From: Chrysomallon squamiferum
Lineage: Eukaryota > Animalia > Mollusca
Assembly (NCBI GenBank): GCA_012295275.1
Contig: CM022670.1
Location: 21,638,001-21,702,000 of the forward strand
Length of the DNA stretch: 64,000 bases
Direction: 5' to 3'
A program made the translations under genes and the position numbers. The notes under the pieces are model-generated. The model ran no database searches and was not told where the DNA came from. It saw only the letters and a program-made list of their open reading frames with translations. Below, in pieces: positions 18,752-40,070 of this stretch. Position 1 is the first letter of the stretch. Each line of letters begins with the position of its first letter.

Positions 18752-19156
18752 GTGAAAATAAAAGAAGAATATTTGAGAACTTAATTTTTCCACCTGTTAC
18801 GTTTGTATCCCTGGTGAATTAAATTTACAGCAGTAGAAATACGTAAAGGGAAAGAAAATGATCACAGAATATCAGATATTTTCTAAAGTGAAATTAGTCT
18901 CTGTAGTGAGCAACATTACATATTTTCCTATATTTATAATTATCATGTGTATTTATGCAGTTATTCCCTGATATCTGGCAATGAAAAGTGTTTATTTTAT
19001 AATAAAATGAGATTTAAATAGCAATTCTTTTTTTGAGTTATTTGTCTATAACTGGTATTGTTATTAAATTACAATTGAATGATATAAAATTTAATGAAGT
19101 GTGATTAAAATATATTACATTTTTCAAGTATTGTAAAAAGTTTTGTTATCGCACAC

Positions 19157-19191
<35 letters not shown>

Positions 19192-19957
19192 TACATATGC
19201 ATATAACGCAAAGTGATTGATTACCTTGTGTACAGTCTGTTCCAATCCATCCTGCCGTACATCCTTCAGTGTCACAGTTTCCTGTCTTTACATCACAAGA
19301 GGACTGTGTATTAACACAGTGACGTTTTTCACACAACTTGTCACAGTTAGAACCATACTTGACTTTCAGCTCACACTCTAAAAATAATAACAATCAGGGT
19401 AATAATAATATTGTCATTGTCATTATCACAATTATTGTTATTGTTATTATTATTTAAGTAAAAATCCATGAAAAGTATGTAATCTATTTTGTTTTTGAAG
19501 CAGCAGTAAACAAACAAACAAACAAAAAATGTTAGGTAAAGAAATAGACAGACAATTAAATAGGTAGAGAGACTGAGAGAGGTAGGTAGAGAGATAACGA
19601 TATATATATATATGTATAAATAATTAAATCGTAAATAAATGAATAGATAAAACTAAAAGCCAACATACAGAATATGTTTTCGTCTGCAGTGAAATGACTG
19701 ATAACAATGGGGAACAATCCCAATAAATAATTCAGTGTTTCAGTGTTCTTTTTAAAGTATAATCCTTGTTTGTAAAGTGAAAATATCAAGTAACTTACTG
19801 GTTTTGCACTTCTTTCCCTCATAGCCTGCTGCACAACCTCCTTTACAATTTCCGGAGACTCCATCACAGGATTTTTTTATACAGTTCCCGCACTTAGATT
19901 TACAGTTTTTACCATACGTTCCTGGACTGCATTCTGTAGTTATTATAGTTAATAAAT

Positions 19958-20007
<50 letters not shown>

Positions 20008-20111
20008 TCTACTACTACTACTACTACTACAAATAATAATAATATTGTCAGTCATTATTATTATTATTATTATTATTAATATTATCATTATCATTATCAT
20101 TATCATTATCA

Positions 20112-20145
<34 letters not shown>

Positions 20146-20550
20146 GTGAAAATAAAAGAAGAATATTTGAGAACTTAATTTTTCCACCTGTTACGTTTGT
20201 ATCCCTAGTGAATTAAATTTACAGCAGTAGAAATACGTAAAGGGAAAGAAAATGATCACAGAATATCAGATATTTTCTAAAGTGAAATTAGTCTGTGTAG
20301 TGAGCAACATTACATATTTTCCTATATTTATAATTATCATGTGTATTTATGCAGTTATTCCCTGATATCTGGCAATGAAAAGTGTTTATTTTATAATAAA
20401 ATGAGATTTAAATAGCAATTCTTTTTTTGAGTTATTTGTCTATAACTGGTATTGTTATTAAATTACAATTGAATGATATAAAATTTAATGAAGTGTGATT
20501 AAAATATATTACATTTTTCAAGTATTGTAAAAAGTTTTGTTATCGCACAC

Positions 20551-20587
<37 letters not shown>

Positions 20588-20843
20588 TACATATGCATAT
20601 AACGCAAAGTGATTGATTACCTTGTGTGCAGTCTGTTCCAGTCCATCCTGCCGTACATCCTTCAGTGTCACACTTTCCTGTCTTTACACCACAAGATGAG
20701 TGTGTGTTAACACAGTGACGTTTTTCACACAACTTGTCACAGTTAGACCCGTACGTGACGTTGAACTCACATGCTAATAATAATAATAATAATAATAATA
20801 ATTATTATTATTATTGTTGTTGTTGTTCTTCTTCTTCTTCTTC

Positions 20844-20898
<55 letters not shown>

Positions 20899-21159
20899 TT
20901 TATTATTTAAGTAATGTTTTCCTTTATTTATGGTTACCATGTATATGAATACAGTTATTACCTCGTATCTGTTAATGCTAAATGTTTATTTTATATTATA
21001 AAATGACATTTATATACTGTTGCTTTTATTGATTCTTTTATTTATTACTGGTATTGGTACTGAATTACAATACAATGACATAAAATTTAATGAAGTTTGA
21101 TTAAAATATATTAAAGTTTTCAAGTATTGTAAAACTTTTTGTTATCACACACACACACT

Positions 21160-21216
<57 letters not shown>

Positions 21217-21406
21217 CACACACACATGCATTTAAATTTATCACTGATTTACCTTGTGTACAGTCTGTTCCAGTCCATCCTGCCGTACATCCTGCAGTGT
21301 CACACTTTCCTGTCTGTACGTCACAAGATGAGTTTGTGTTAACACAGTGACGTTTTTCACACAACTTGTCACAGTTAGAACCATACTTGACGTTCAGCTC
21401 ACACGC

Positions 21407-21451
<45 letters not shown>

Positions 21452-22023
21452 TAATAATAATAATGATAATAATAATAATGTCATTGTTATGTTCATATAG
21501 CTAGTAACAATTATTTACAGGAGACAACACTGTGCTAGAAATACTTGTTACAAAGGGAAAGAAAATGATCACAATATATCACATATTTTCTGAAATGAAA
21601 TTAGTCTCTGCAGTGAACAATATTACATGTTTTCCTATATTTATTATTACCAAGTATCTTAATACAGTTAATCCCTCGTATCCGGTAATAAAAAATGTTT
21701 ATATTATGATAAAATGACATTTAAATACTGTTGCTTTTTATCTATTGTTTTGTCTATTACTACTACTGTCATTAACTTACAATTGAACGACTTAAAACTT
21801 AATGTAATACGATTGAAATATATATATATATATATATACCAAAAAAAAAAAAAATCGCAGTTTGATTTACCTCGTGTACAGTCTCTTCCAGTCCATCCTG
21901 CCGTACATCCTGCAGTGTCACACTTTCCTGTCTTTACGTTACAAGATGAGTTTGTGTTAAAACAGTGACGTTTTTCACACAACTTGTCACAGTTAGAACC
22001 ATACTTGACGTTCAGCTCACACC
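15603..22023 (-). repeat. gene A tandem array of EGF-like exons: five 153-nt type P, five 135-nt type Q, one Q remnant (16449-16534)
   Basis: P = CELNVKYGSNCDKLCEKRHCVNTNSSCDVKTGKCDTAGCTAGWTGTDCTQ; Q = CSPGTYGKNCKSKCGNCIQKSCDGVSGNCKGGCAAGYEGKKCK. Each has 8 Cys and all are phase 1-1. Confidence 0.9.
16571..16862. mobile_element. Tc1/mariner-pogo-type MITE (~290 bp)
   Basis: TIRs taagtaccggaccaattatccgg ... ccggataattggtccggtacctg, TA on both flanks, inserted in a (TTA)n tract. Confidence 0.85.
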
Positions 22024-23183
22024 CTAATAAAAATAACAATGATAATTATAATATTGTCATTCTCATTATCATTATTATTATTATTATTTTTTAAGAACGT
22101 CATAATAAACTAACAAACAAGGGACATGTTAGATAAACAGATATATATATATATATATATATATAGATTGAAAGATGAATCTATATATATATATCATTAT
22201 AAATGAAATATACTAAAGAAAAACAGTAGGCCTTAGTAAGAAAATAAGGTGGCTTTTAAACTGCAATAAACAGTGATTGTTACAGGGCGAAATACATCCT
22301 TGTTTAAACAAAAGTACTGACTACAGTTTTAGAGTTTCACCTACTAGTAAGAGAATTAACAAACATATTTAAACTAAACCAGACCATTTATCCGGCTTCA
22401 GAAAATAAAAATAATAAATAAATAGATAGATAAATAAATAAATAAATAAATAAGGGTGTGCGTGCGTTTGTGTTTGTCTTTATATATATATTTATGTACA
22501 CATATTATATGCATGTATATATGTGTGTGTAAGACAAATTAATGAAATGAATATATAATATAATCAATGAATGAATTATGTAATAAAGTATTTACTACTT
22601 ATTCATTTTAACAGTCTAAATGTGGTAGGTTTTGGTAAAGAGTCTTAAACAAATTATTCAAAAGCTAACATTTCTAAAAGAAAACTTTATTGGTATTATC
22701 ATTTTCAGTATAGTACAGTTAATTTATTACAATATAGTACAATTCAGTATAGTACAATTATTTCTTATTTATAACTATTTTTTGTTATAATATGTTATGC
22801 ACTCGTTTAAAAATTAAATAAAAAATACAGGTGCGTCTCTTCATAGGTTTCAGTACAATTACGATACTTCGATGACGATTTTTGAGTACTAACGTCACTG
22901 TTAAAGCGAAATAAAAACAGTAGATAATTAAACTATACAGAATTGTTTTAATGATGATGCGTGTTTAAATCAGATTTAATAACAGTGAAACATTTCAAGT
23001 AGAAACTGAATCAAGCTAATCTGATTTTGAAGTGAAACGTTTTTGCGACTGCCACCCATTCTACTCTGAGATTGAAATTTCAATACCTAAAGAGAAAAGA
23101 AAGCCGTGTTTTGAAAACGAATGTACTCTGGTTGTATTTGAACTGTCAACGATTGTAGTTTAATATAAGTTATATACACTCAC

Positions 23184-24017
23184 CGCTAACTTCAGCTTCC
23201 ACAAAGTCCAAGGCAGTAGAACGATCACTGCCTTCAGGTCTTCCTTGATAAACAGTCACGTAGCTGGCATTAACATTACACGTGATATTGACGACATATT
23301 GTTTCATACGAACAGTAACAGTACCACACAGATGTCCTGTGTTAGATGAATTCACTGCTGTGTTTGCGTAGATCTGAACTACACGTCTTTTCCGCTTAGC
23401 TAAACAGAACAGTAACATTGAAATGAAATAACTGTTTATAATACACGTTTGTCAAAGTAGCAAAATATTTTAGCTTAATATAAGAAAATAATTATATAAA
23501 ATCCTCTAGGAATTTAATATTATGTATTCATTGAAAAGTGTTTATATGTATGTGTATGTGTGTATGTATGCTTGTGTGTGTTTATATGTATGTATGTGTG
23601 TGTTTTTTCTTATATAATTAAATGTTATAAAATGTACATATTTATAACAAGATTTTCAATAACTGTTACAAAATACAAATAAATAAATAAATTAAAATTA
23701 AATAAAAGATAAAGAAACATGTTTACATACAGTCAAAGAAGAAGACTATCATTATTAATACATATATATAAATGCATGCCAGGAAAATAGATTTACTTAC
23801 AGTCAGTTCTGAAATATATTTTCACTTCATGAACAAAGTACAGTTTTCCTAGATCCACTTCCCACCACGTGTAAGGTTGGTCTACTCCTGTGTGTATATA
23901 AAGTTGTCATCCATTCTTTAGTTTCTCCGTCCACAGCTAGCGAAGCACTGTGTTGTGGCATTGAGTCGTTTGAGAAGTAAGAACTCTGGTAGGCTCTCTT
24001 ATGTAGAGCTACATTTT
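23184..24017 (-). CDS. gene A F-type lectin domain exons (frameshifted)
   Basis: ENVALHKRAYQSS...SLAVDG / IHTGVDQPYTWWEVDLGKLYFVHEVKIYFRTD|SKRKRR...LCG...TC...YVTV...LDFVEAEV. The NVAL.K.A.QSS, AVDG, HT...WW.VDL, RTD and L...E.EV elements are fucolectin hallmarks. Confidence 0.85.
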
Positions 24018-24384
24018 CTGTAAATAAAATAAATAAATAAATAAATAAAGAAACTAATTAGTAAGTAAGTAAGTAATATAATTTATGTTAGATATGAAAA
24101 TAACAACGGACAAAATAATATATATATATACTTATTCTACAAAAGAAACAAAACTTGTGAAAGATGATAAATATTCAGTTAAATATATATTTTATATCTC
24201 TCGTTAAAAACAGTATGGGTTTGATTTGGCTATCTTCAGTTTTACGTATTTGCCTAAAACGTTTTTCTGATTTATATTATCAGCGGCAAATAACGATGAT
24301 TACTGCTCCAAAACAAATGACTACATCACCTAAAACACCTCAGAAATAAAACTGAAAGTATAAAAAGAAGAAAAAACAAAGTAT

Positions 24385-24520
24385 GTCACTTCTTAAAAAA
24401 TAGCGTGAATTTGCATGTAATTAGGATACCGCGTGAGAAGAAATTATCGCGCTTCTTTGAATGTTTAATAAATACTGATGCGATATTTTTTGTAATTACT
24501 ATATGCAGCTAAATGAACAA
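24385..24520 (+). repeat. dispersed repeat fragment, inverted copy at ~27640-27780
   Basis: tcacttcttaaaaaatagcgtgaatttgcatgtaattaggataccgcgtgag matches the reverse complement of ctcacgcggtaacctaattacatgcaaattcccactattgtttaagaagtga. Confidence 0.7.
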
Positions 24521-25243
24521 GATTATTATTGTTGATAACTACGGGGATTCACTCATTTAGATTTAGGATCAAGAGGACAAGAGTGACAAATAAGTGTGAT
24601 GGCGTACATTTTGCATTGTCTTATTGAATTGGTTATAATGGCACAGCGACCTAAAAAAGGGCAATGTATCGAACTTTCTAAAGTAAAATTAGTAGAAGAA
24701 TTTTCCTTAGATCTGCTGTGTAAAAAGAAATATTTAGGTATGCAGGGTTTACGTTAGGCTAGAAAAACAGGGAGAGGTCACTTCTCCCTCTAGACACATT
24801 AGGACGAAGTGAGATTTTGTAAATACAAGATGAGACAATATAACATAGCCAAGTCATTTTCATAAACATAAAACAAAACATCTATATATATGCATCTAAT
24901 AAAACAGGGCCTTTAACAAAATACTATACAAAGTTTTATTCTTAGCTTTGTTTACGATTACTGGTAGCTATTTCAGAAATCTGAATTGACTGAAGATATA
25001 TACGATGACTGAATTACTGAATTTTCGCACTGTGACGTTCTTAAAAATAATAAAGCAAATTAAATTTTTTGCTGCTACGATCGAAAGCAGACTTTGTAAC
25101 CGACGTTAAACACACGTCTTGTCAGAGGACATTGCTTTGGAGAGAAATAGGAGAAAGAAAAGAAACGTAGTCATCAGCAACAGACTGTTTCTCAGCTGAC
25201 ACCCGATAGACGTATAATAGTAACATTCTTTTAAAACCTATTC

Positions 25244-25355
<112 letters not shown>

Positions 25356-26618
25356 GTTTTATAATTGTTTAATTATAAAGAGCATCTGCAAGGTCATCTG
25401 TCTATAATTTAGTCGCAGAGATCTCAGATATAATAAGTCTTGCGACTTCATCAACACGCAAGATGCAAATTTAACAGGTTCCAGGTGAATTATGACAAGA
25501 GTCTATATATAGAAAATATTTTACACTGCTAACTAAAACCGTCGCAGGTTTCATCTCATTTATTACACAGTTAATAACCGTTAATATTAGCCTGTGCTGA
25601 AACAACGTTAAAACGCGAACACATACATACAAGGTACACGTATATTTTTTCCTGAAATATACATACACACAAACATATACATAGATACATACATACATAC
25701 ACACACATTTACATACATACATACACATACACACATACATACATATATACACATACATATACATATACACGTACACAAATGCTTTTTCTATAGTATTTGA
25801 AAAGCGACTTACCAAACTTTGCAAAAATCTCGACATGACTCAACGAAATAAAATACACAACAAAAGGAAAAAACATCCACACTGTAGCCATGTTGTAAAA
25901 ACTTAGTCACTGTCAGCTAAGAAGTCTTTGTCTCTGCAAACCGCAATTAGTTTAGAAAGTTTCAGTGCATCACTATTATATTCGTTAAAATACACGTGCT
26001 ATGTCACGTGGTTAACTAAATGCACTGTCGGTTTAATTGTTTAAGAGACAGATTACAAATTTTCAACACGCTTAAAAGCTGGATACATGAAATGAAAAAA
26101 ATAAAAAAAAAAAAAAAAAACATTAAAAAAAGCTGGACATATTCAATTGTTTTTCGTCTTATTGTCTTTTAAATTCTATAAATACATGATTAGTAAAACA
26201 ATCGTTATCTTGACCTCTTGAAACATGATCAGTTTGGCATCGGATCGCTAAAGTGTCATGGCGAACCAAACTTCCTGCTTAATACGTATGTTTGAGGATG
26301 GATTATATTAACTTACTCTTCTTAAATTGCTTATATCTTACACAAAAATGTCATTATGGTTATACTGGCATTTTTCATCTAAAATCTACTGTAATAAAAA
26401 ATCATATTATTTATCGCATTATAATTACAACAACAAAAGCAGCAATCATAATAACAAAAATAATGATAATGTCATTTACAACAGATAAATGCATTATTTG
26501 AAGCCATCAAAGCACATATAGCCATGGGCCAACAGAAGCAACAGGAGATGAAAAACAAAACTAAGTAATCCGAAGTAAGAAAATAAATATTCTATTCACT
26601 CTTTTGATATAAATAAAA

Positions 26619-26657
<39 letters not shown>

Positions 26658-28112
26658 AAACAAATTAACAGATAATAATAAAAAGAAAACAACAGAACAA
26701 AACACCACCATCACCCTATACAAAACATTATTAAAAAACAACAAAATAAGATTCAAACATAAATAAAAGTCGAAAAAAAAAAAAATAAAAAAAAAAAAAA
26801 AAAAAATAAAAATACTAGTCAATAAATGAATAAAGAGAAAAGCAAAATAAAAAAATATATACATCAAAAACTTTTTGTTTTGAGCCATTACTCAGTAATG
26901 AACACTTTAATATAAAAAAATAATAATAATAATAAGAATAATAATAATAATAAGAATAATATTAATGTATTGGATCGCGTATTTATTCGGAGGAATTTAG
27001 AACGGAAATAAAACTTTCTTTAGGGCATTTGTCCATTACAATCATTAGGATACAAAAGTTCGGTCACTCTGTAATTGTGTGTATCGTCAATCCATTTAGA
27101 TTTTTTAATTTGTCGGTCGTTACTCTGCCGAAATGTTGATTTCGTACGTTTTAAGATATCAAATACTATCCGTTTTCATGATTTAAAATGCACAACCAGA
27201 AACGGGAGAGGGGTAAGACATAGGCGAAACACTCGCTCTTTTCTACGAAACTTCACCTTACTTTTAACCCACGTCAAAATCTAACTCATCTTCTGTTTTT
27301 CTGTTTGTTTTTTTTTTTTTTTTTAAATTTTTTATTTTAATTTATGCATTTTGTCTCCATTTTTTTCAAGGATCCCCTGAACACATCGGTCAGCGTAAAT
27401 TAGACTTAAGTCATGTGTCCGACTGCATGAATAGCCACAAAAATGCATTGTTCAACTGTTGTGATTACAACACAGTTCATGTATACAAATTAAAACCAAC
27501 TGAGATGGACATGATTCTCTAGACATTTTGTAGCCTATCGTAATACACCCTGCATAGCTAAATATTTCTGCTTTTGGTCGTAAATCTAAATGAGTGAATC
27601 AATTTAGGTATCAACAACACTAATAATAATAATCTATTTCATTTAGCTGCACACAGTAATCACGAAACATATTGCATCATTAATTATGAAGCCTTAAAAA
27701 AACCTCAGAAAAACGCAATGATCTCGACTCACGCGGTAACCTAATTACATGCAAATTCCCACTATTGTTTAAGAAGTGATCGTACCTACACCACTATACA
27801 TGACTGTACAACTTGTTTTTTTCTTTCTGACCTGAAATTTACACCCGAAAACCGAAGTAGACAATGACAATGACTTTATTCTCACAAGCTATAGGATTAC
27901 ATATCAGAGAAGAATGCGTTACCGATATACAATAATAACAAAATAAAAATGCACATCCAGATTAGACAGGCTTTTGTTAGATTAACGATAGCTGGACTGG
28001 ACTTTGACATGGTCCCGGTTTACACAAAAATCCGGATTAGTAAAGTACCGCTTTCACAAAGTCCACTGTATATTAAAAGTTTATAATATGAAAACACACA
28101 CACACACTCAGA

Positions 28113-28151
<39 letters not shown>

Positions 28152-28156
28152 AGACT

Positions 28157-28189
<33 letters not shown>

Positions 28190-28219
28190 AACACACATTT
28201 ATATATTTATATATGTATA

Positions 28220-28294
<75 letters not shown>

Positions 28295-28612
28295 GTATAT
28301 ATTCACACACATACACATACATACATACATACATACATATATACACAGACGTATAAAGTCATACACAGCTGTATACGTAAAGGACAAATGCGTAAATGCA
28401 TATACATTCATAGATATATTTATATTATTTAGTTTAAATATAAAATAAAACATTTTTTGTTTGTATGAGAACTAGTTTGAAATAAAACGTGTAGACAGAC
28501 AGGTAGATAGAGAGAAAGAATGAGAGAGATGGAGAGAAAGAGGAACAGAACAGTATAGAGAAATAAAGGAGAAACTGGTGTCATGAAGCCACATTTTTTT
28601 TTTTATATACAA

Positions 28613-28670
<58 letters not shown>

Positions 28671-28971
28671 TGCGTACGTGCGTGCTTCTATCTCTGTGCC
28701 TCTCTGTGTGTGCGATCATGCATGTGTTTGTCTGTTTTTGCACGGGCGCGGAAGGTCCTCTATCTCGCCATTAATACATAAAACATATTTCAGTTCTGTA
28801 ATAGTTTTTGTGTATGTAAGCGCATAAATCAGTACTAGAATCAACTTATTAAGAGCTGTTCTGGTGAAAGTCTACATGTACGTGTGTATTTACCTCTTTT
28901 GACAGAAGAAAAAATTAAATAATACGTAGCATGCACACAGATGCACACACATACGTGTGGTAAGTAAGTAA

Positions 28972-29012
<41 letters not shown>

Positions 29013-29524
29013 AATAATAATGATGATGATGACGACGACGACAATGATAATAAAAGTTTATTTTCCTTGTTTTACAAAATTATAAAATATCTGCGTTAAG
29101 GCCACGCTATGTGTATTTTATAATATTGCAAAATGACTGCATTACAACCAAAAGTTATATATGATGGAGAAAATAGAAGTATTTTTTATATTCATCCTGA
29201 TGTGGGTTTTGGAAGTGCAGGTTATAAGACACAAAAAACAACAACAACAAAAAAAAAAAAAAAAAAAAAGTATAAAAAAAGAGAAGAATTCCAAACAAAA
29301 AATATAAATACTAAAAATAAATAAATAAATAAAAATAAAAAATAAAATAAAAATAAAAACAAATAAATACATAAAATGACATTAAGCAAATGACGCAAGA
29401 TGTACGTTTCTAAAAACTTTGTAGCTTACAGTAAATAACAACAACATTTAGCATGATAATGGAGTGATAGATACTGTACTTCTCTTGTATGGTTTTGTAT
29501 GTACCCGAATGCCAGTATTTAAGT

Positions 29525-29750
29525 ATTGTATGGATGTATGTATTATAGGAATGACCATTCTGCTGCCATACGAACAGTTCTGGTTAGAAACTACACAGAA
29601 AAGTTTGGGGACGCTTGCTATAGGGGGCGGTGTTCAGTAACAATCTCACAAACCACAAATAATCAGAGACTCGAACGTATGGGACTGGTTCGCACTCACT
29701 TCGCAGGATGACTGCGATATCACTTGGTTACAGAGACAACCTTGGTATGT
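29525..29750 (-). mobile_element. degenerate tRNA-derived SINE-like element, related to 4050-4293
   Basis: B-box GTTCGAGTC and a degenerate A-box; shares ctcacaaacc and the gacaac..ttg-tatgtatg terminus with the first copy. Confidence 0.45.
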
Positions 29751-30346
29751 ATGCTTGTATGAATATATGTATTTTATATATACGTATGTATACATGTCAG
29801 TATTGTGTGTGTACATGTCTACGTGCATGTGTGCTTATGTGTGTCTGTGTTTATATATCTAATTCTGTTTCTCTGCATATTTGTCTGTTATTTTTCCCAT
29901 TTATCTTTCAGTGTCTTTCTGGCTGCCTATAAATGTGACAAAATGAAATAAAAATATTAGAATGAAGATACATATATTTTATTTCCAAAATTGATATTTG
30001 TGTTACTATAATGATACATTTGATAAAAGAACGCTTCATAAAGTCCTGGAGAAAAACATTATGTTAAGATACGTTAATACACTTAATGGTAAATGAGCTA
30101 TCTCAGAATAAATAATAAACTAAATAAACCTATAATTAAACTAATTTAGAAATGTTGGTTTTGTTTTGTTGTTGGTTTTCTTCCCTCTTTTTTTCTAGTT
30201 TTGTCTACAGACTTTCTCTTTAATTTTGAACGCGAAACGTCGGAATGAAAACATAAACATTTTGTATTGGAATGATTAGAAAATGTAAAAAATTATTCTC
30301 TGGTTTACTAACAAAGAATATAAGACATTCAAAGCAATGTTAATGT

Positions 30347-30611
30347 CAGTCATGGGCAAACTGCGGCCCGCCTAATTTCACAAGGAAAATAACGTTAATT
30401 CAAATTTTATAAAATGAGTCTATTTTGTATCTACTAATATACTCAAACACACTGTAATTTTTTTATTTATTGTAACAGTTCCTGAAGTAAATGAAAATGA
30501 AAGTTTTCTTAAAATAAACCATACGTAAAAACACAGAATCGCCTAAATCAGTACCCGCGGAAGAACCGTGTCTAATGTGGCCCGCTTCTCGAAAAAGGTT
30601 GCCCACGTCTG
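30347..30611. mobile_element. hAT (Charlie-like) MITE
   Basis: Imperfect TIRs cagtcatgggcaaac / gttgcccacgtctg, subterminal GGCCCGC motifs, 8-bp TSD gttaatgt / attaatgt. Confidence 0.8.
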
Positions 30612-30806
30612 ATTAATGTCAAAACAGGCCTGTCCTTGTAAATAATAAACCTGCTACGTGTTATATAATAAACAATACTACGTTACAACGAGAACGCCCC
30701 TTTAAGTAGTCGTTGTTAGACGTGTTAGACAAATTATAATACTCTATAAAAAAGCTATTTAAGAGATTTCCAGTGGGTATTTTAGAGGCGTTTTACTGTC
30801 TTGCAG

Positions 30807-37841
<7,035 letters not shown>

Positions 37842-38511
37842 GTTTGTTTAACCTAGTAACTAACAACGATCAGGGAAGTATATTTCATTCAAAACGGTCT
37901 TGCTTAGTGAACAAGAAAGGCCGTCTTACACTAATTCAAACAAGAGCATTGTTAATTCAGTTTTTGTTAAGGAAAGAACGAACCAGGAAGGTAATCAGTC
38001 TTAATACAGGTGTCTGATCGTATGTCAAGTATAGGTGATACTCTTTGTTTGCCAAACCGAACAGAATATTTATGTTACAGTAATTATACCTACTCTGATC
38101 TGAGACACGATAGACGGTGCGAGTTAGTAACCTAGTTTCTCATTTATTAAAATATTGAATCTCGTCCTTTGTGTGTGTTTATCTGGGCGTATGTAAGTGT
38201 ATTTGTGTATGTGCATGTGTGCATGCATTTGTGCATGGATCTATGCCTATGCGAGTGCATAGGTGTTTCAGTGTGTGAGTGAGTGCGCGGTATGTAGGCA
38301 GATATGTATGTATGTATGTATGTATGTTTGTATGTATGTATATATATATAAGTTTGTATGTAACGCACGCAAGGATATAATCTATATATATGCAGGCAGG
38401 TATCTGTGTGCGTACGGCTGTGTTTGTATGAAAACGATCATTAGAATGGTAACAAGTATACTGACGGAAATAAAACACACAGCACTGGCAGCTAACTTAG
38501 TGGTTTTAGTG

Positions 38512-38550
<39 letters not shown>

Positions 38551-38723
38551 GTAGTAGTAGTAGTATAGTTGTAGTAGTAGTAGTAGTAGTAGTAGCTGTT
38601 GTAGGAATAGTAGTAATAGTAGTACTGGTCATAGTAGCAGCAGTAGTAGTCGTAGTAATATTTAATAAATATAATTTTCCGTGTGTGCAGTCAACAACAT
38701 AATAATAATACATTAAAAAAAAA

Positions 38724-38805
<82 letters not shown>

Positions 38806-39679
38806 AAATACTATTTGGAGCATATTTGTTCTTGTATATGTATATATGTATGTATGTATGTATGTATGTGTATAACATCTACGAATGTAAAAACAAATAT
38901 ATATATATATTTGTTTTTACATTCGTAGATGTTACTGATCTATTTGAGTTAAAGAAGTCTGTCAATTAGTTTGTCAATTTTTTGTTTTGTTTTGAATAAT
39001 GCACAATGCACGAACAGGAAAATGTGTGAACATCTGAAGTAGTTCTTTGTTCGCTGAACAAAACTCAGGGAAACTGCATGGTATAATTATTCGAACTGTC
39101 TTGAACGTTACTGCTTGTATGTACCAAGAGTTACAGTATTACATAAGAATTAGTACACTGCTAATGAAATGCTGTTTAGTAAACTAATGACAAATCATGA
39201 TATTTTCACATTTTCACATTTTCACATATCACAGAAACATACATCCAAGATATCGCACTGCTAGCAAGAAATCGACACTGTATTAAAGAATTGTAGGTGA
39301 GTCACAAATTATTGTTACATGACAGGATTAATTCCCATCAGTCATATACTTGTTTGTCATACAGTTTATAACCATACGGGTCAAGGTTTGGTGCAGACTT
39401 AATCCTCGGCCCGTTACCCAGATAAAAATTGGTATGATTCCACATTGTTGTATACTGTATGTCTACCAGCAATAAATAAATGAAAGAATGGCTGATAATT
39501 ATTTATATATTTTATTTCATCCAGTTAACTTGATCACTTAAGTTTCAGTAGATAGCCTACAGCATAGGTTTTCAACTTGGGGGTCACCTGCCTTTTTTCT
39601 GGGTTTCGCGAGATCGTTCTTGAAAACCAGCGGCCTATAGCATCTAAGAACTGAAGTGGCGTCTTGACTCTCTGCTGGA

Positions 39680-40070
39680 ACTAATGCAGAATGTTATTGG
39701 TGCGTGCTCAGTTGGTCTCATGGTGGTTCCAGAGCGGCAGGGGGAAGCGAACATCATCATCAATCAAGTAGACGACGTTGTAGTCATTGACCTCTTGGGC
39801 ACGAGGAACATTTGCTGTCGTGTTCATGGTTTCAATTCATGCATCCTTAATTTTGTCTTGTGGTTGTAGAGCTAGTCCGGCAGCCTGCGGATCCACTGTC
39901 AGAACATGTCTCCTTATATTCATCATCTCCATACAACTGGAGTAACCATGAACACGTGCTGCCCACCGGAGCTGTGATTAAAACAGTTACCAACGAGACA
40001 CAGCCAAGATAAGTTGATTATTCCCAACACAAGGGTGCCCAGCTTACTTACTGCTTGACAGCGTTCCAAA
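39680..40070 (-). mobile_element. degenerate MULE (Mutator-like) transposase fragment
   Basis: Minus-strand translation with stops: ...AAGLALQPQDKIKDA*IETMNTTANVPRAQEVNDYNVVYLIDDDVRFPLPLWNHHETN*ARTNNIL. F...WNH....RTNN is the MULE DDE C-terminal motif. IWNAV lies upstream. Confidence 0.6.

Noticed and set aside
38410-38495. Hydrophobic minus-strand stretch as candidate signal exon of gene B
   Set aside because: No phase-compatible donor; a 79-nt exon homologous to A/C exon 1 exists at 37763-37841.
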